Shown: one piece after another, positions 24,640 to 48,060 of the stretch
How the letters are laid out: each line of letters starts with the position of its first letter
Numbering within the stretch: the stretch's first letter is position 1
Origin: the human T2T-CHM13v2.0 reference genome, Homo sapiens
Assembly: GCF_009914755.1 (NCBI RefSeq)
Contig: NC_060944.1
Strand: one strand, 5' to 3'
Length of the DNA stretch: 64,000 nt
Notes under the pieces: generated by a model
What the model was told of the DNA's origin: nothing
Database searches by the model: none
The model's input: only the letters and a program-made list of their open reading frames with translations
Program-made: the position numbers and the translations under genes

Positions 24640-25065
24640 GGTAGGTGGTGCCTGGCTGCATGAAGTGAACTATAATGGGGAGTGAGGGTCAATGATTGCT
24701 TTTCCTTTCCTCCTTCTTTTGATTGGAGGCCTCCCAATTTTCCCATGGGAACCACTCTTAGTTCCTCCCTCTTGGTTCCTGGGTTTGGGTAGGCTCCAGG
24801 GGTGGGCACATGACTCATATCTGGCCAATCCACTGTACTTGCTAAGCTGTAAGATATGAGCATGAAACTAACAGTGGCCATATTTGGGAATAGCTTGTTT
24901 AAGAGTAAAGCTAACACAGAGGAAAGCAGGCCTGACAGGCTGAAGCAGAAAGAAAAATCTAGTTCCCACTGCATTCTCTAAGTGCCTGGATCCAGCTATA
25001 CCTGAAGGAGATGGTGTGCCAGACCTCACTGGATGAGCACCTAGATCCAGCTATACCTGAAGGAG
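24640..25065 (+). mobile_element. LTR33-like remnant ending in a duplicated 22-mer
   Basis: ggccaatc...agctaacacagaggaaagcag...ctggatccagctatacctgaag. Confidence 0.55.
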
Positions 25066-25138
25066 TTCCTGCTTCTGAATCATTTCTGTAGCAACTCTCC
25101 CTTGCGGGTGGAAGCGGCTTGGCAGGGGTGGGCCTCAC

Positions 25139-25390
25139 CTGGCTTAGGCGGTTCTGCAGCTCCTTCACCTGCTGCTCCACCTGCTGCTTCTCACCCTGCA
25201 GCCGCTCCACCAGCTGCAGCTTTTCCTGGCTCCAGTTGCGCTCACTGATCTGCAGCTGCCGAGTCAGCTCCATGACAGCGCTGTAGGACTCAGCTAGGAG
25301 GTGCTGCTGCTCCTCACGCTCCCGCTGTAGGGCTGCCTTCCAGTCGGGCCCTGCCCGCTCCCCGGCCCCCTTCCCTGTCTTCAGCTCCAT
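25139..25390 (-). CDS. SOGA1: SOGA1 exon 11, 252 nt, MELKTGKGAG...QNRLSQ
   Basis: ttctttccgcag acceptor, CAG|GTGAGG donor, phase 0-0. Confidence 0.94.
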
Positions 25391-26043
25391 CTGCGGAAAG
25401 AAGCAGACTAAGCAGCTGGCAGCAGGAGGCCACTCCTCTTGGCCCTTCTCTCTCCTTCCCTCCTGGGTGCCAGCGGGGAAAAGGGGAGAGGTCCCCTCAG
25501 AAGACCCCTCACTAGGGACTAACCCAGCTTAGTCCTCCCCACTCAGAACTAACCCCTAACCCCTCCACACAATAAGGGTTTGAAGAGCTCTTTCTATAAG
25601 CCATGCTCTTCTGTGGGCTTTTCAGGCATGATGTCAGTATCCTCATAAAAACTCAGAAAGATTACTAGTGGTCATTCCAGCAAGATGGTTTTCTTGGCCT
25701 CAGACCTCAGAGTGGCAGGAAAGGGAATGTGCAACCTTTAGACTCAATGCCCCCCATTAACCCCCATGAGCTGGTCAGGTTCTTGGTGGGAGGAGCACCT
25801 GAAATGCCCAGGTCTTTGGGGGCAGCAGGTGCAGGGGACACCGTGGAATATGCAGATGGAGGGAGCTGTGAGATCTGGAAGAGGGTTAGGAGGGGAGAGT
25901 AGTGGCCCCAGGAAGTAGCCAGGAGACTGTGAGCAGTGGGAAGAAGGTGGAATTGGGGCCGGGAGTGGTGGCTCACGCCAGTACTCCCAGCGCTTTGGGA
26001 GGCTGAGGCCGGCAGATCACTTGAGATCAGAAGTTCAAGACTA

Positions 26044-26298
<255 letters not shown>

Positions 26299-27019
26299 TT
26301 AGAGGTTTGGGGGAGCAAGGGCCAGTCTGACACTTATTAGCCGGGTGACCTTGGGAGATAAATTTAACTCCTCTGTGCCAGTTTTGTCATCTGTCCAGCA
26401 GAGACCATCGGAGTGCCTGCCTCCCACAGGCTGCTGACGCCTGGGAAGGCAGCTTGCAGCAGGGGCAGGCTGGATGGAAGAAGCTGGAGCCCAAGCTGCA
26501 GGGTCAGAGCATTCTCTCTGAGTGGGAAGAAGCCCACCCTCTCACTTTTCAGGCCAAAGGAGGCAGCAAGTCACCCTCAGGCACACAGCAGACACCAAAC
26601 CCCCAGGGCTCCTGGTTAAGGCTCCTTTGGGGGCACGCTGGGGAGTTGGGAGGGGAGGCCCCCATTTTGCGTGGAGGGAGCAAAATAGAGCCAGGCAGTT
26701 GGGGCTGAGGGAGTGCTTATGAGGAAATGAAGGAGCAAATGAGGACAGCAGGCAGTGGGGATGTGCACCAGCCTCACCTGTGAGCCCAGGGCGCAATCCC
26801 CCACCTTCCTTCCCTTCCTCTGTGACTCCCATTCCCCACCGTTTCTGATACCCTTGCTGTGTGACTTTAGGCAAGTCTCTTGCCCTCTCTGGGCCACAGG
26901 TGAAGCAACGGCATTCTTATTCCTCTAGGAGCATGGCCTTGGTATTCTACTCCCAGATCTGACAGCTAAAGGCTTGGCTGAGAGTAAGGGGAGAGGCGTC
27001 TGACAGGTGGGGGGCTCAC

Positions 27020-27187
27020 CTGGGAGGTATGGCCCTTGAGCTCTGCCCGCTCTGTCTCCCAGGTAGCCTTGGCCTTGGCAAACTGTTGCTGAAGCTCCGT
27101 CAGACCACGGCGTTCATCCCGGAGCAGCCAGCACAGCTCCTTCAGCGTCACCTTCATGTCGGCCAGTGTCTTGATGTACTCATTGGG
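27020..27187 (-). CDS. SOGA1: SOGA1 exon 10, 168 nt, PNEYIKTLAD...KGHTSQ
   Basis: ctgcag acceptor, CAG|GTGAGC donor, phase 0-0. Confidence 0.94.
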
Positions 27188-28137
27188 CTGCAGACAGGAG
27201 GCAAAACCTGAGTCAAGAGCCTCTGTGGGGTAGGGAGGGGAACCTGGGTTCAGAGAACTCACCTAGGAGTCCAGCTTGGGACTTCACGAGGCCTCAGGCA
27301 AGTCCCACAACCTCCCTAGGTCATCTCACCCATAAAATGGGAATGACAGGCCCAGCCCTGGCTACCTCCTAGGCTGACATGAGGCCCAAATCTGACACCA
27401 AGAAAAAACCCTGCAGTTACAGTAATAATTATTCAGCCTAACTCTGAGCTGAATCATCTGGCTTCTTCAAGGCTCTGCAGCGTCAGTGCCGTGGGTCCTT
27501 CTCCTCACTCAGGATCTGCCTCTCTGACCCGCTGCAGGCCAGATGTGGGGTCTAATTCATGGAGACTCCCTCAGTTTGCCTGATTCTGTCCCAAATCTTC
27601 TCTCCTGGGCCCATGCCCTCATTTCCCATCCCTACCCCAGCTCACCGTGTGTGACCCTGGGATCCTGACCCCACTGTTCTCTCTGACTTATGGCTTGATT
27701 TGAAGGTTCCTGACCCTAGACCACAAGGCCCCTCTTCAGATGACTCTAGCCTGATATCCTTACCCTTACCATGTACCTCCCAAGCCATACTCAATACCAG
27801 AACACCTTGCCACACCTTGGCACACAGAGTTCTCTTGGTCCAGAATAGTCTTTCCCCTATTCTCTATTAGGTAAACTCCTATACATCCTTCAAAACCCAT
27901 CATCCATGACCCCTTCACCGTGATATTGTCCCCTATACTGCAAAGAGAATTACTTGCTGTCTTGCCTATGACCCCACAGTCCATCATCTGGACTCTGTTA
28001 CTGCCCTGGGATGACCAGGCAATAACTTGCAACTTCAATGTCCAGGAATGGGGTCAGAGAAAGCAGTAGGAATTGATTACTGAGCAGACAAAGGAATGAA
28101 TGGACACAACAGGACCGGGAAGGGGCTGGAAACACAC

Positions 28138-28242
28138 CGTGTTCTGGGTCCAGCTGTCCCCCGTGCAGGCCTTGTTATCAGAATGCTGAGCGTTTATCTC
28201 CTCTTCCTCCATCAGCAAGTACAGCTCCTTCATGCTGTTCAC
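28138..28242 (-). CDS. SOGA1: SOGA1 exon 9, 105 nt, VNSMKELYLL...WTQNT
   Basis: A-rich acceptor tttttaaaaaacag, ACG|GTGTGT donor, phase 0-0. Confidence 0.88.
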
Positions 28243-29995
28243 CTGTTTTTTAAAAACCATGCTTAACAGCAGGTGGGAAGTTTTCCCAAATTTTAATTCC
28301 AACCTTGGGCACCATGTAGGTCGAGGAGCACGGCTGGATAGTCAGGCCCTCCTAGCCTCCCACGACATCTATTCTGCCCCAAAGACCAGGAAGCATCCCT
28401 GAGAGTCACTCTGAAATAACCATGTTGACAGGCTGGGTCAAGGCAGGCACTGTGGTTGAAATGAAAAGGCCACACGCACTCCCACAATGCTACATAAGGG
28501 TGACCAAAGGTTTGGGTGGACAGAAGGGACCTTGCTGGGGGGTTGGACTGCTTGCTGATAGATTCTGGGCAAGAGTCCAGGGCCAGCCAAGGAGATCAGG
28601 GACCTAGTTCAGGATGGAAATAAGACAAAAGGGAGCGAGTCACCTTCTGTGCTCAAGCAATCCTCCTGCCTCAGCCTCCCAAAATGCTGGGATTACAGGC
28701 GCGAGCCACCATGCCCAGCATGATTATGTTTATATCTTATTAATTATGCTTATTTTGGTAAATGTATATATTTCTTAATTATATATGTTATGTAATTTTC
28801 TGTGTCTCTTTATTTTTTTTTTGAGATGGAGTCTCACTGTGTCATCCAGGCTAGAGTGCAATGGCATGCTCTTAGCTCACTGCAACCTCTGCCTTGCAGG
28901 TTCAAGAGATTCTCTTGCTTCAGGCTCCTGAGTAGCTGGGACTACCAGTGTGCACCACCGTTCCCAGCTAATTTTTGTATTTTTAGTAGAGACAGGGTTT
29001 CATCACGTTGACCAGACTGGTCTCGAACTCCTGATCTCAAGTGATCTGCCCACCTTAACCTCCCAAAGTGCTGAGATTACAGGTGTGAGCCACTGCACCT
29101 AGCCAATTTTCTATGTTTATGCCCTAATTTTTTTTCCCTAAAGTAAGTTTCTCTCTCTTTTACTCTAGGATATGGAAATGGCTAGAAAGGTTTTCACCAA
29201 ATGTGGAGGGTTCGTCTGAGACAAACTGACTTAAAATATAGACTGTGTGGCCTGCAGGTCATTCCCTTAAACTGGGCTTCATCCAGAGGCCTGTGAGACT
29301 TCCAAACAGGTGAGAGGGCTCCTATGTTTCCAAACGTCACAGAAGAGACAGCTTCGGACAGGAGGACCGAGGCGAATGCTCCCAGGGGCGGCCCTGTGTC
29401 AGGCACTGCAGGGCCAGGGCAGCAGGGTGTGGGCCTATGGAATGGCGGTAGTGACTCTCCCATGAGGCCCTGGGGAGGAGCTGGTGGCCTGCGAGAATGA
29501 TGAGCCCCACTGAGATAGGGTGATGCAGGGTCTTGCTACACACTCAGGTCTAACTGTCTTGCCTGGCTCCTGGGGCATCTGGGCTCCTCTGGAGTACCCC
29601 TGATGGCGTAAGTGGCAACTTGAGGCATGCCAATGCTCCCTACTGGATCTGGACAGGGGACTACAGAGAGCAGCCTGGACTAGAGGAGGGCCAAGCCTGG
29701 GCTAGACTCGAGGTACCTGAACCCAAAAGGACACGGCCAAAGTGAACAATGTCAACTAAGATGAGTGTGACCAAGGTCTGACATCCTTGTAAGTCCCCTT
29801 CTCTTCCCTGATGTGTTGATGTGTGCTGCTGTGCTGATGACAGGACGCAAGGGCTTTGAGCAGCAAAGGGTCCTGCATAGACTGGGGCATGAATGGGTCA
29901 GGTGGGTCCTTTCTAAGCTTCTTACATTCCCAGAGCTCCGCCCCCACGTTTCCTGCCACATCCTAATACCACCTGTACTATCACCAATGTTTTTA

Positions 29996-30793
<798 letters not shown>

Positions 30794-30797
30794 TTAC

Positions 30798-31028
30798 CTC
30801 GAGGAAGTCATCCCCTTCGCTGGGCAAAACCTTGCCCTGCCGCCAGCGCTTGAGGAACCACCTGAGCTTCATGAAGAGCAGCAGGAAGTTGTGCTTGAAT
30901 TGCTGGGACTCCTGCACCAGCATGTTCTTCTCCTGGCTCCAGAATTTCTGCTCCAGCCTCCGCTGGAGGCTCAGACTCTGCAGCTCAAACTCCCGCCTCA
31001 GGAGCGCCCTCTGCTGGTCCTCCTTCAG
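30798..31028 (-). CDS. SOGA1: SOGA1 exon 8, 231 nt, LKEDQQRALL...EGDDFLE
   Basis: cggcag acceptor, GAG|GTAAGA donor, phase 0-0. Confidence 0.94.
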
Positions 31029-32045
31029 CTGCCGGGGGACAAGAGCTTGAGCAACCCCAGGGCCCTGTCCTCTCCCCCACCCCTTTCTGGGCCCCTGGAC
31101 AGGGGCAGGGAGGAAAGTCTGGGTGGTGCCTGTGAGTGATCCCTGCCGGGGATCCCACCACACGTGGCGCAATCTATTCAGATGAGCACTGCCCTCTGCT
31201 CCTGCAAAAACAGTGACACATCATTGAAGGAGCTGGGATTTGACCCTGGCTCTAAAAAACCATGACATCATATACTGAGCACCTCCTGGGCACCAAATGT
31301 CTCACACGAATGCTCATGTTCAATGAGGAACCTGCGAGGGTGAGCGATGATAGCAGGGAGGGGTGACGCATGGAGAGCAAAGGGCGTGCCAGGGTTGAGG
31401 ACAGCTGATGACTAGGCAACACCCTAGGAAGCAATGCAGTGTCATGCCTAACAGAGGGACCTGGATTAGAGGCCCAGCCCTGCCACACTCTGGATGTGCA
31501 ACCCTGGGCAGAGCACTCCAGCTCTCTGGGCATCAGTTTCCCCATCTGCAAAATGGTGATAAGGGAGGGCACAAGGATTAAAAGACATAATGGGTAGAAA
31601 GTGCATTGGACAGGCCCACCATACAGTAAGGGCTTAACAAATGTTATTCCAGAACTATTATCTTGATTAGAAGCCAGGCCTGATGAGGGCACCATTTCAT
31701 AAATGGGAAACTGAGGTCCTGAGAGAAAACAGGACTGGCCCCAGGTCCCACAGGCCGCCAATGACAGCCCTGTTACACAACTAATGCACAATGGCAAGGA
31801 CAATAACATCCCAGCAGGGCACAGGGGCTGAAGACTCAGGTTTCCCTTGACATTCTTTCATTCTTTTTTTTTTTTTTTTTTTTTAGATATCACTCTGTCA
31901 CCCAGGCTAGAATACAGTGGGATGATCTCGGCTCACTGTAACCTCCGCCTCCTGGGTTCAAGCGGTTCTCTTGCCTCAGCCTCCTGAGTAGCTGGGATTA
32001 CAGGCGTGCTAGTGCACGCCTGGCTAATTTTTGTATTTTTAGTAG

Positions 32046-32189
<144 letters not shown>

Positions 32190-32266
32190 TAGATCCTCAA
32201 GGCCTCTGCTTCCAGCTCAGAGAGGCTGTAGGAATAGCTGCCTGGAAAGCGCTGGGCACCACGCAC

Positions 32267-32392
32267 CTGGACCATTTTCTGGTTGAAATTGTCGGCCTCC
32301 TCCTTTCGTAGCTGCCGCTCCTGGGAGAGCTGCTCTTGCAAGCCCCGGAGGCTGTCGTGGGCCTCAGCCAGCACCAGCTGCAGCTCCTTGAT
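32267..32392 (-). CDS. SOGA1: SOGA1 exon 7, 126 nt, [10 protein letters not shown]...NQKMVQ
   Basis: ccacag acceptor, CAG|GTGCGT donor, phase 0-0. Confidence 0.93.
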
Positions 32393-32951
32393 CTGTGGTA
32401 CAGACAGGGGACACAGATAATGAGGAGGGAGAGAGAGGAAGAAGTGGATAGAAATTGTGATCTAAGGATGACAGTGGTAGGGGAACGATGGGATGTTGGA
32501 CCCAAGCTGTCCAAATACAAATCAGGCAGAATGACTGTCCCCACCTCTGAGGGTCGTCATGATGATTAAATGAAACAGTACATATCAAATCTGGCTTTTG
32601 TTACCATTGGAACTTGTTCTTTTCTCTCTGAAATTTATCTTAATAAGGTACTGGGAAAACTAAGTTTGATTCACAAAGATGTTCATTGTTTCATTGTTTA
32701 TAATTGCAATATTTTAGAAACAACTTAGATACTAAATGATGGGACTTAAAAGATGCTTAATGGATCTATACATATGTAACAATCCATTCAGTGGTACCCT
32801 TAAGGACAGTGTCCTTTATTGTATGTATGTTATTATGTTATACTACAACAGAAAGTAGAAAAACAAAACCAAAAACGCTATAGACCTCCATAAAAAAACA
32901 TACAAAGGACATGGACACACACAATAAATGTAACCAGTAGGAACTATGTGA

Positions 32952-33197
<246 letters not shown>

Positions 33198-33624
33198 TGA
33201 TAGAGACAGGATTTTGCCATGTTGCCCAGGCTCATCTCGAACTCCTAGGCTTAAGCAATCTGCCCACCTGGGCCTCCCAAAGTGCTGAAATTACAGGTGT
33301 GAGTCACCGTGCCTGGCCCCAGAACTCCTACATAAAACCTTCCTAGGCATGGCAAATGTCCCTCTGTGAGAAAGTAAACATTCATTATATGGTCAATAAT
33401 ATGATGATTTGGCAGTGGAAGGCACAGTGACTTGAGGTATATCTTCTATATCTGTTTTGCATTAAAAATTTTTGCAGGGCTACATACTGTCTGCTGTCCC
33501 TGGTTTCCTCCCTGAACTCAGTGGTCAACAGCACTGGGCAATTGTCACTACTCAATAAAGAGTGGCTGAATGAAACAAATAATTGAATGTGTGCAGGAAA
33601 TCATTTTTTCTACAGGTAAGCCTA

Positions 33625-33732
<108 letters not shown>

Positions 33733-35000
33733 CTAGGTGACATGACAAAACCCTGTCTCTACTAAAAATACGAAAATTAGCTGGGCATGGTGGCGCACGC
33801 CTATAGTCCCACCTAACTGGGAGGGCTGAGGCTCGAGATTCGCTTGAACTCAGGAAATGGAGGTTACAGTGAGCCAAGATCGCACTACTGCACTCCAGAC
33901 TGGGCAACAGAGCGAGACTCAGTCTAAAAAAAAAAAAACAAAAAAAAGAATAGGCCTATTTCCTTTTCTTAGAAAATGACAACTAAGTTATCTCAGTTTT
34001 TTCTCTTTTTGCCATGGCTTCCAGGAAGCTCACTTAGAGAGTCTGATCCATCAGCTTCAAGTGAGCTTCTCCTTCCCACATAGTCATGGGCTGACCTTCC
34101 TGGGACTACAGAGTTGTCTTCCAAGAGATGCTCAGAAAGGTGCTCAGGCTGGAAAATACATAGGACTCTGCAAGGTTCAGGGTTTCAGGGATACTCCACC
34201 CAGTCCGTAGGAGCCTTTTCCTGCTTCAGGCTCATTATGAAGAGCAAGGAGAAGCTCAGCAGGCTTAGAAGGGGCTCAGAACTACCCAGAATTCCCTGAG
34301 GATCAAAGAATCCTAGCAATTCAATAACTACCATTCACTCTAACCCTCCCGTTACAGATGGGGAAGCTGTGGCCAGAAGGTAGAAATCTGTCCAAGGTCA
34401 CACAGGAACACTGGTAGAACTGAGACTTGAACTCAGGTCCCCTGAGTCCCAGAGATGTGTCATTATCATCATAATCATCCTCCTCCTCCTCCTCATCCTC
34501 ACCCAATGTGGACCATGCCTTAAGCTATGGCTTTTCATGTATTTAATCCTTTCAACAACCCTGTGAGGCACCTTCATTTTACATGTGAGAAAACTGAGAA
34601 TCAGAGAGGTAAAATGACTTATCCAAGATCTCACAGCCAGAATAGAGTGGATCCACAATTGAAACCCAAACTGCCTGGCTATAGAGACTGCTGCCTTCCT
34701 GCTACATACATGAGTAGTTCCATTAAATTACATAAATTGTTAAATTCCCAGTGGAATTTAGTACAGAAGAAAAAATAATTTATGCAGATGAGTTTATAAG
34801 TTTCCTTGGATCAGGCCATGAGAATGTCCCAAACTTCCTTATTTCCCTTCTGGCCTTGGCTGCCAAGAAGCCTGGAACCAAATGGAATGCCCCAAACCCA
34901 TATCCTCACCAGCTAAGTGATATATGGACCACTCTGCTTTTGACAGGGCTCAGTCACTCTCCTCCTACCCAATCCCATGCTTGCTCAGGCCTAGACCCAC

Positions 35001-35141
35001 CTCAGAGGCATAGGAATCATTGTCTTCAGCTCGGTAAGGCCTGAAGCTCCGGCTGGGGTCGGGCTTAGAGTCCAAGTCACCAGTGCGGAAAGCCTCTCGG
35101 ATCCTGGGCTCCCATTCCGGCAGGTCCCTGAAGTCAGGTGG
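35001..35141 (-). CDS. SOGA1: SOGA1 exon 6, 141 nt, PPDFRDLPEW...DSYASE
   Basis: gtgcag acceptor, GAG|GTGGGT donor, phase 0-0. Confidence 0.92.
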
Positions 35142-35502
35142 CTGCACCCAGAGGCACAGGCAGAACAAACCAAAGATCACCATGGGGAGGGGCCCGAGGG
35201 GTGCCAGAAACACCCACCCCAGGCCTCTGCGCTCCCTAAGAGGCTTGAACCACCCACCTGAGGGCTGGGACCCTGGTAGATTCACCTCTGCAACCCAGAC
35301 CCAGCCCCAGCTGGGGGCACTGCTGCCGTTTAATGAATGTTTGCTGAAAGGATGAATGAGTAGGTAAGTGCGAAGTGATTTTCTGAATGTGTGCCTTGTG
35401 CACAAACCTTTTGAGTCAGCCCAAACTGTCCTATCACATGTGTGACCTCTGTTCATCCCTCTTTCAAGAAGAACCAAAAGGGAGATAACATAGAGCAGTC
35501 TA

Positions 35503-37400
<1,898 letters not shown>

Positions 37401-37428
37401 AATAGGATCTGTGCATGAGGCACCTTAC

Positions 37429-38610
37429 CTGAAAGTCTGAGCCAAGGTCTTTTGCCAGAAGAATCTCCTTAGAGAGCCCCTGGGAGCCCAAGGGGGGCAG
37501 TGATGAGAAGGACTCCTGCTGTTCCTTGACAGAGCACCCGAGGACTGCATCTGCCTTCCGCGTGAAGGCATTCAGCTCCTGCTGCAGCACGCTCAGGCGC
37601 ACCAGGATGGCATGGATGAGCTTGGTGTCCCTGGGGCCCTCGCTGTTGTCGGGGGCCTCATGCAGCCGGAAGTCAGCACACTCGTTGTCCAGACACAGCC
37701 GGAGGCCAGCCGTGAAGCCATTGGCATCAGCCACCAGGACATCGATGGCCTTACTGACCAGGGCGGCCTGCTCTCTCAGCCCAGGCAGCACCTCGGCCTC
37801 CCTGGCTCTGCAGAGTCGGACCGCATGGGACTCGTGTGTCTCGCCCAGGGGAGCAGGCACACACTGGGCAGAGTCCCCGGCCTCGGCGTCCGTCTCCAGC
37901 ATGGGCCGCGTACTCTGGCAGGAGGCGAGGTCACAGCGCTGGAGGTTGGAGAGGAGCACGCGGTTCTCGTACTGCAGCTTCTTGACCTTGCCGCTGAGCT
38001 CGCCGATCTGCAGCTTGGCGGCCGCCAGCTCCTCCTGTGAAGGTTCGCTGAGCACAGAACAACTGTCCTCCGACAGCGCCACGTCCAGCTCGTGCTCCGA
38101 GCGGAACTTGGCCAGCTCGTTCAGCAGCAGCTTGTTCTGGTCCTCGAGCTCGGCAGAGGAGCGCCGCAGCAGCTCGGCCTCCTCTTCGACAAACTGCAGG
38201 TGTCGCCGCAGCTCTGCCAAGCTCTCCCCGCACTCTCCGCCACCCAGCGCGGAGAAGGCCAGGCGTGCCTCAGGACCCCCACAGCCACCTCCATGATCCT
38301 TCATGTCGTCCATCTCAGCCCGCAGGCCTCGGTTCTCCACCTCCAGCTCCACGATGCGGCGGCTCAGCAGGTTGGCTTCCTCCTCCACCAGCTTCAGGTG
38401 CACCTTCAGCTCGGTCTCCCGCGAGTGGGGGGCATCGGCCAGCTCCTCGGCTGACAGCGCGCTGTCCAGGTCCCCATAGAGCGAGCGGTACTTCAGCAGC
38501 TCCTCCTTCATGCTGTCATTCTCCTTGGCAAGCTTAGTGAGCTTCTTGCACATGAGGGCTGACTCCTCCTTTGCAAAGTGCAACTGGCACTTCAGGTCTG
38601 CACTGTCCTC
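37429..38610 (-). CDS. SOGA1: SOGA1 exon 5, 1182 nt, two SOGA (DUF3166-type) coiled-coil repeats, EDSADLKCQLHFAKEE...DLGSDFQ
   Basis: Within ORF 37363..38706; tcccag acceptor, CAG|GTAAGG donor; internal repeat LxFxxEExxLxxxxxxxLxxxN. Confidence 0.96.
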
Positions 38611-39271
38611 CTGGGACCACAGAGACAGACACAACCCAGGAAGGTTAGTGCTGGGAGTCTCAGTACCAGCCATGGCATTTTGGGGAGCACTATGTGCTGG
38701 GAACACAGGGATGAATCAGACACAGCCAGACCCTCAAGGAGCTAAGGGTCCGGGGGAGACGCAGAGGGGTAGATGTTGAAATGACAGCAAGGATGGGGCG
38801 CCACACATAGCCTGGGAGTACAGGAACAGGTGACATACTGATGAGCAACTGCTGCCACTACAGTTTCATCAGTAAAATGGGGCGGTAACATTACCTCCCT
38901 CCCAGAGCCACAGACGGGATTAAATGAGCTAAGGATGAAAAGGGCCTGGCACTCTGACAATCCCATACCACTAGGAGCTAACGGTATGTGGCCTTTGCTG
39001 CATATAGTACTTCATCCAATTCTTCCAATGAACCCCCAAGACAGGGATAGATAGGAAATGGAGCCCAGAAACTCAAAATGACTCGCTCCAATCACATGGC
39101 AGTCAAGTGGCAGAGCCAAGATTCAAGCCTGGGTCTCCAACTCTAGACCTTTGGATTTGACTGTAGTGCTGCTTGCTAAGTTCCTGGCTGGGGTGGGGAG
39201 CGAGCATCTAAGCATCTAAGAACCATGGGCTCAGGATGTGGTTTTGGGAAATAAAGTGGGCAGTGAAACTA

Positions 39272-39670
<399 letters not shown>

Positions 39671-39709
39671 TCAGAATAAAACCTTCCTACGGGGGCTGCT
39701 GGGAATTAC

Positions 39710-39772
39710 CTGCACCAAAGTCTTCTTATCGGCCTTCCCCAGGGAGCGGGTTCCTCTTTTCTTCAAGGAATG
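39710..39772 (-). CDS. SOGA1: SOGA1 exon 4, 63 nt, HSLKKRGTRSLGKADKKTLVQ (too short for the ORF track)
   Basis: T16...ctcacttcag acceptor, CAG|GTAATT donor; joins RPRE to EDSAD in frame. Confidence 0.9.
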
Positions 39773-40174
39773 CTGAAGTGAGATTTAATTAAAAAAAAAA
39801 AAAAAAGTCAGGACTGAAAGCTCACAGAATGATGCACATGCAGAGAGCTGTCACAGTGCCCAGGGTCCAGGGAGGGCCCCAGTCCCCAGGCCACCCCACC
39901 CTGATGGCACTGACTGTTGAGTAAGAGGAGCCCTCCAGATCACCCAGTGAGCAGCAATGGGAGATAGGCCAGAAGCATTGGAGAAGATGATTCTAAAAAC
40001 ACCTGCTCAGGGCTCCTCCCCTCCAGCCTGCTCCCATGTGTGACCCAGTTGGCCTCGGCGAAGACTTGGAAAGCTGTGTTTCTGTTCTCATTTGTCTTTC
40101 ATCAAAGGATTTCCTGAGCACCTATCAAGCGCCAGGTAGGTAGGTGTAGAGAACACAGCAGTGAACCAGGGAGG

Positions 40175-44084
<3,910 letters not shown>

Positions 44085-44801
44085 TTATTGGAAGTATATG
44101 CACCTCCCCATCCACACAGAAATTCCCTATGGCTTATTCGAATCTTCTAATCTTTTTCTGCTAAGCACATACTACTACCTGCTGGGGGGAAGGGAAAAGT
44201 CATTATAAAAGGTTTTTAAAATATACTTTCCCCAAGAAGTCACCAAACACCTTTCCAGCAGGCAGAGAAAAGGTGTGAATGAGCTGAGTGGCTTGAATCT
44301 CACCAGAAAGCAGGGTTGGGGGCAGAGGAGACGAGTTCCACCCTTTTCTGGTAGGACCTGACACTTCCCCCACCTTATCTAAGCCATGTGGGCTCCCACA
44401 CAGCCCTGCCATTCTGGAGGGAAAACAAGGCGGGCTCAGAGTGCACAAAGACCTTCCTCCCCTCTGCACGGCAGCAGCTGGCCAGGCGGCTGGGGGGCTG
44501 CACCCCGCAAGAAAGCCAGGGCCTGTCAGAGCCCCTTTGTGGAGCCCCCAGGGATGAAGCCAGTCTCTGCCCAAGAGGCAGATGTTCTGGCTCTGGGCCT
44601 TGGGAGGGCAGGACAAGGCAGGGCGGTGCCTAGGCCCCAGCAGGAATGCAGCCGCAAGGCCTGGGGACATGCCCAGCCCTGAGGACAAACTCTGTGGCCT
44701 GGCATGCAACAGGGGCTTCCCCACTCGCCAGCAACTCACAAGGCCATCTTTGAGCAGCCAGTGTGGTACCTCTAAGCATCTCCCTGTCTACAGGCTTCTA
44801 G

Positions 44802-47605
<2,804 letters not shown>

Positions 47606-47760
47606 ATTGCCAACAAACAGTGGCACCTATAAAATAAGACAACCACACCATGTCCGTGGGAAGGCTGTTGGAGGGTTAAACAATGTGCTGGTGTGGTCAA
47701 GGCTTCTGTGGTGCCTGGCACAGAGTGAGGGCTCAAACACAGCAGCTATACCATAATAAA

Positions 47761-48060
47761 TCACGTCAACACTCGTATTGGCTTTCTGCCTAAAACACAA
47801 GGAGGGGTGTGACACTGGAAGAGAGGGTAGCTGGGCAACAGTGCCACCGCAGCCCTCGGCCAGGGTCTGCCACCTCCCTTCTCTCTAGCGGAGAGCTGTC
47901 TCCATGGCAACCACATCAGCTCAGGCCAGGGGCTCCTGTTCCCAGCCGGGTGACAGCACCACCTCGGCAGCCTGTCAGGATGGCAACGGCAGATCTTGAT
48001 GATGGGACTGAGGCTCTGGCAGAAGAATTGCTCAGGGACCCTCGTCTCCATAGAAACCAT
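47761..48060. promoter_or_regulatory. Candidate intronic enhancer: four RFX X-box-like motifs plus a CRE/UPRE-like TGACGTGA
   Basis: GTAGCTGGGCAAC, GTCTCCATGGCAAC, GTCAGGATGGCAAC and GTCTCCATAGAAAC in a repeat-free island. Confidence 0.55.

Noticed and set aside
37526-38296. 256-aa Ser-rich plus-strand ORF
   Set aside because: Reverse complement of Glu/Leu codons in exon 5, a typical antisense artefact
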